Origin: Octopus sinensis
Taxonomy: Eukaryota
DNA: 64,000 nt
Direction of reading: 5' to 3'
Assembly (NCBI RefSeq): GCF_006345805.1
Contig: NC_043006.1
Coordinates: forward strand, 45,446,001 to 45,510,000
In this document: piece after piece, positions 63,482-64,000 of the stretch
Position numbering within the stretch: the first letter of the stretch is position 1
How the letters are laid out: every line of letters begins with the position of its first letter
The notes under the pieces: model-generated
Database searches by the model: none
The model's input: only the letters and a program-made list of their open reading frames with translations
Told to the model about the DNA's origin: nothing
Position numbers and translations under genes: made by a program

Positions 63482-63680
63482 GCGGCAAGCTGGCAGAAAC
63501 GTTTGCATGCTGGGCGAAATGCTTAGCGGTATTTCATCTGCCATTATGTTCTGAGTTCAAATTCCGCCGAGGTCAACTTTGCCAGTTACTCACTGGGGTT
63601 GATGTAATAGACTTAATCCCTTTGTCTGTCCTTGTTTGTCCCCTCTATGTTTAGCCCCTTGGGGGCAATAAAGAAATAAG
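63482..63680 (+). mobile_element. SINE-B monomer with internal deletion
   Basis: Family head and tail present. Confidence 0.8.
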
Positions 63681-64000
63681 AAATATACACTTGCAGATAG
63701 ATAGATAGATAGATAGAGAGAGTTGATGCCAAATTAGTGTAAAATCAGTGATGCGAAATAGGTGGTGCCAAAACATCTCATACCCAGAACAGAAACATCC
63801 CTGCTGCCCAAGTCATATCAATGCAAAGATGTGGAGACAATCATACACATACATGCAAACACACACAAGCATACATCATCATCATCACCACCAAGTTTCC
63901 TCACTTGGTGCAACCAGTTGTTGGGATACCAATCTCGACACTTTTGCAATCAGCCATTGCCACTGGTCTCTGTTCTCTGTCATGCATAGCAGGATCCCTG

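Overview
AT-rich, repeat-dominated eukaryotic DNA, most likely from an octopus or other coleoid. That assignment rests on my recognition of the SINE/LINE families and the microsatellite load, not on a search. No intact long protein-coding gene is visible. Most listed ORFs are artefacts of microsatellites, SINEs or decayed transposons. The window contains: about 20 copies of one tRNA-derived SINE (called SINE-A here), about 12 of a second (SINE-B, partly as a mobilised dimer) and about 6 of a third (SINE-D); fragments of RTE- and CR1-clade LINEs; a decayed mariner; hAT, pogo-like and 8-bp-TSD MITEs; and Helitron/Helentron elements. A probable promoter and non-coding first exon (about 15.07-15.26 kb, + strand, AAG|GTGAGT donor) is followed by a sharp fall in CpG frequency at about 18.5-19 kb, consistent with a large methylated gene body. 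A few candidate exons lie downstream, one resembling the DRAM/TMEM150 family. The most interesting signal is a set of at least four unrelated small insertions carrying type-I hammerhead ribozyme cores (23.4, 42.7, 44.3 and 45.0 kb), all on the putative sense strand. The 45.0-kb one is a 245-bp, highly structured, TSD-flanked element that looks like an animal retrozyme. All structures were read by eye. Coordinates of degraded repeats are approximate.
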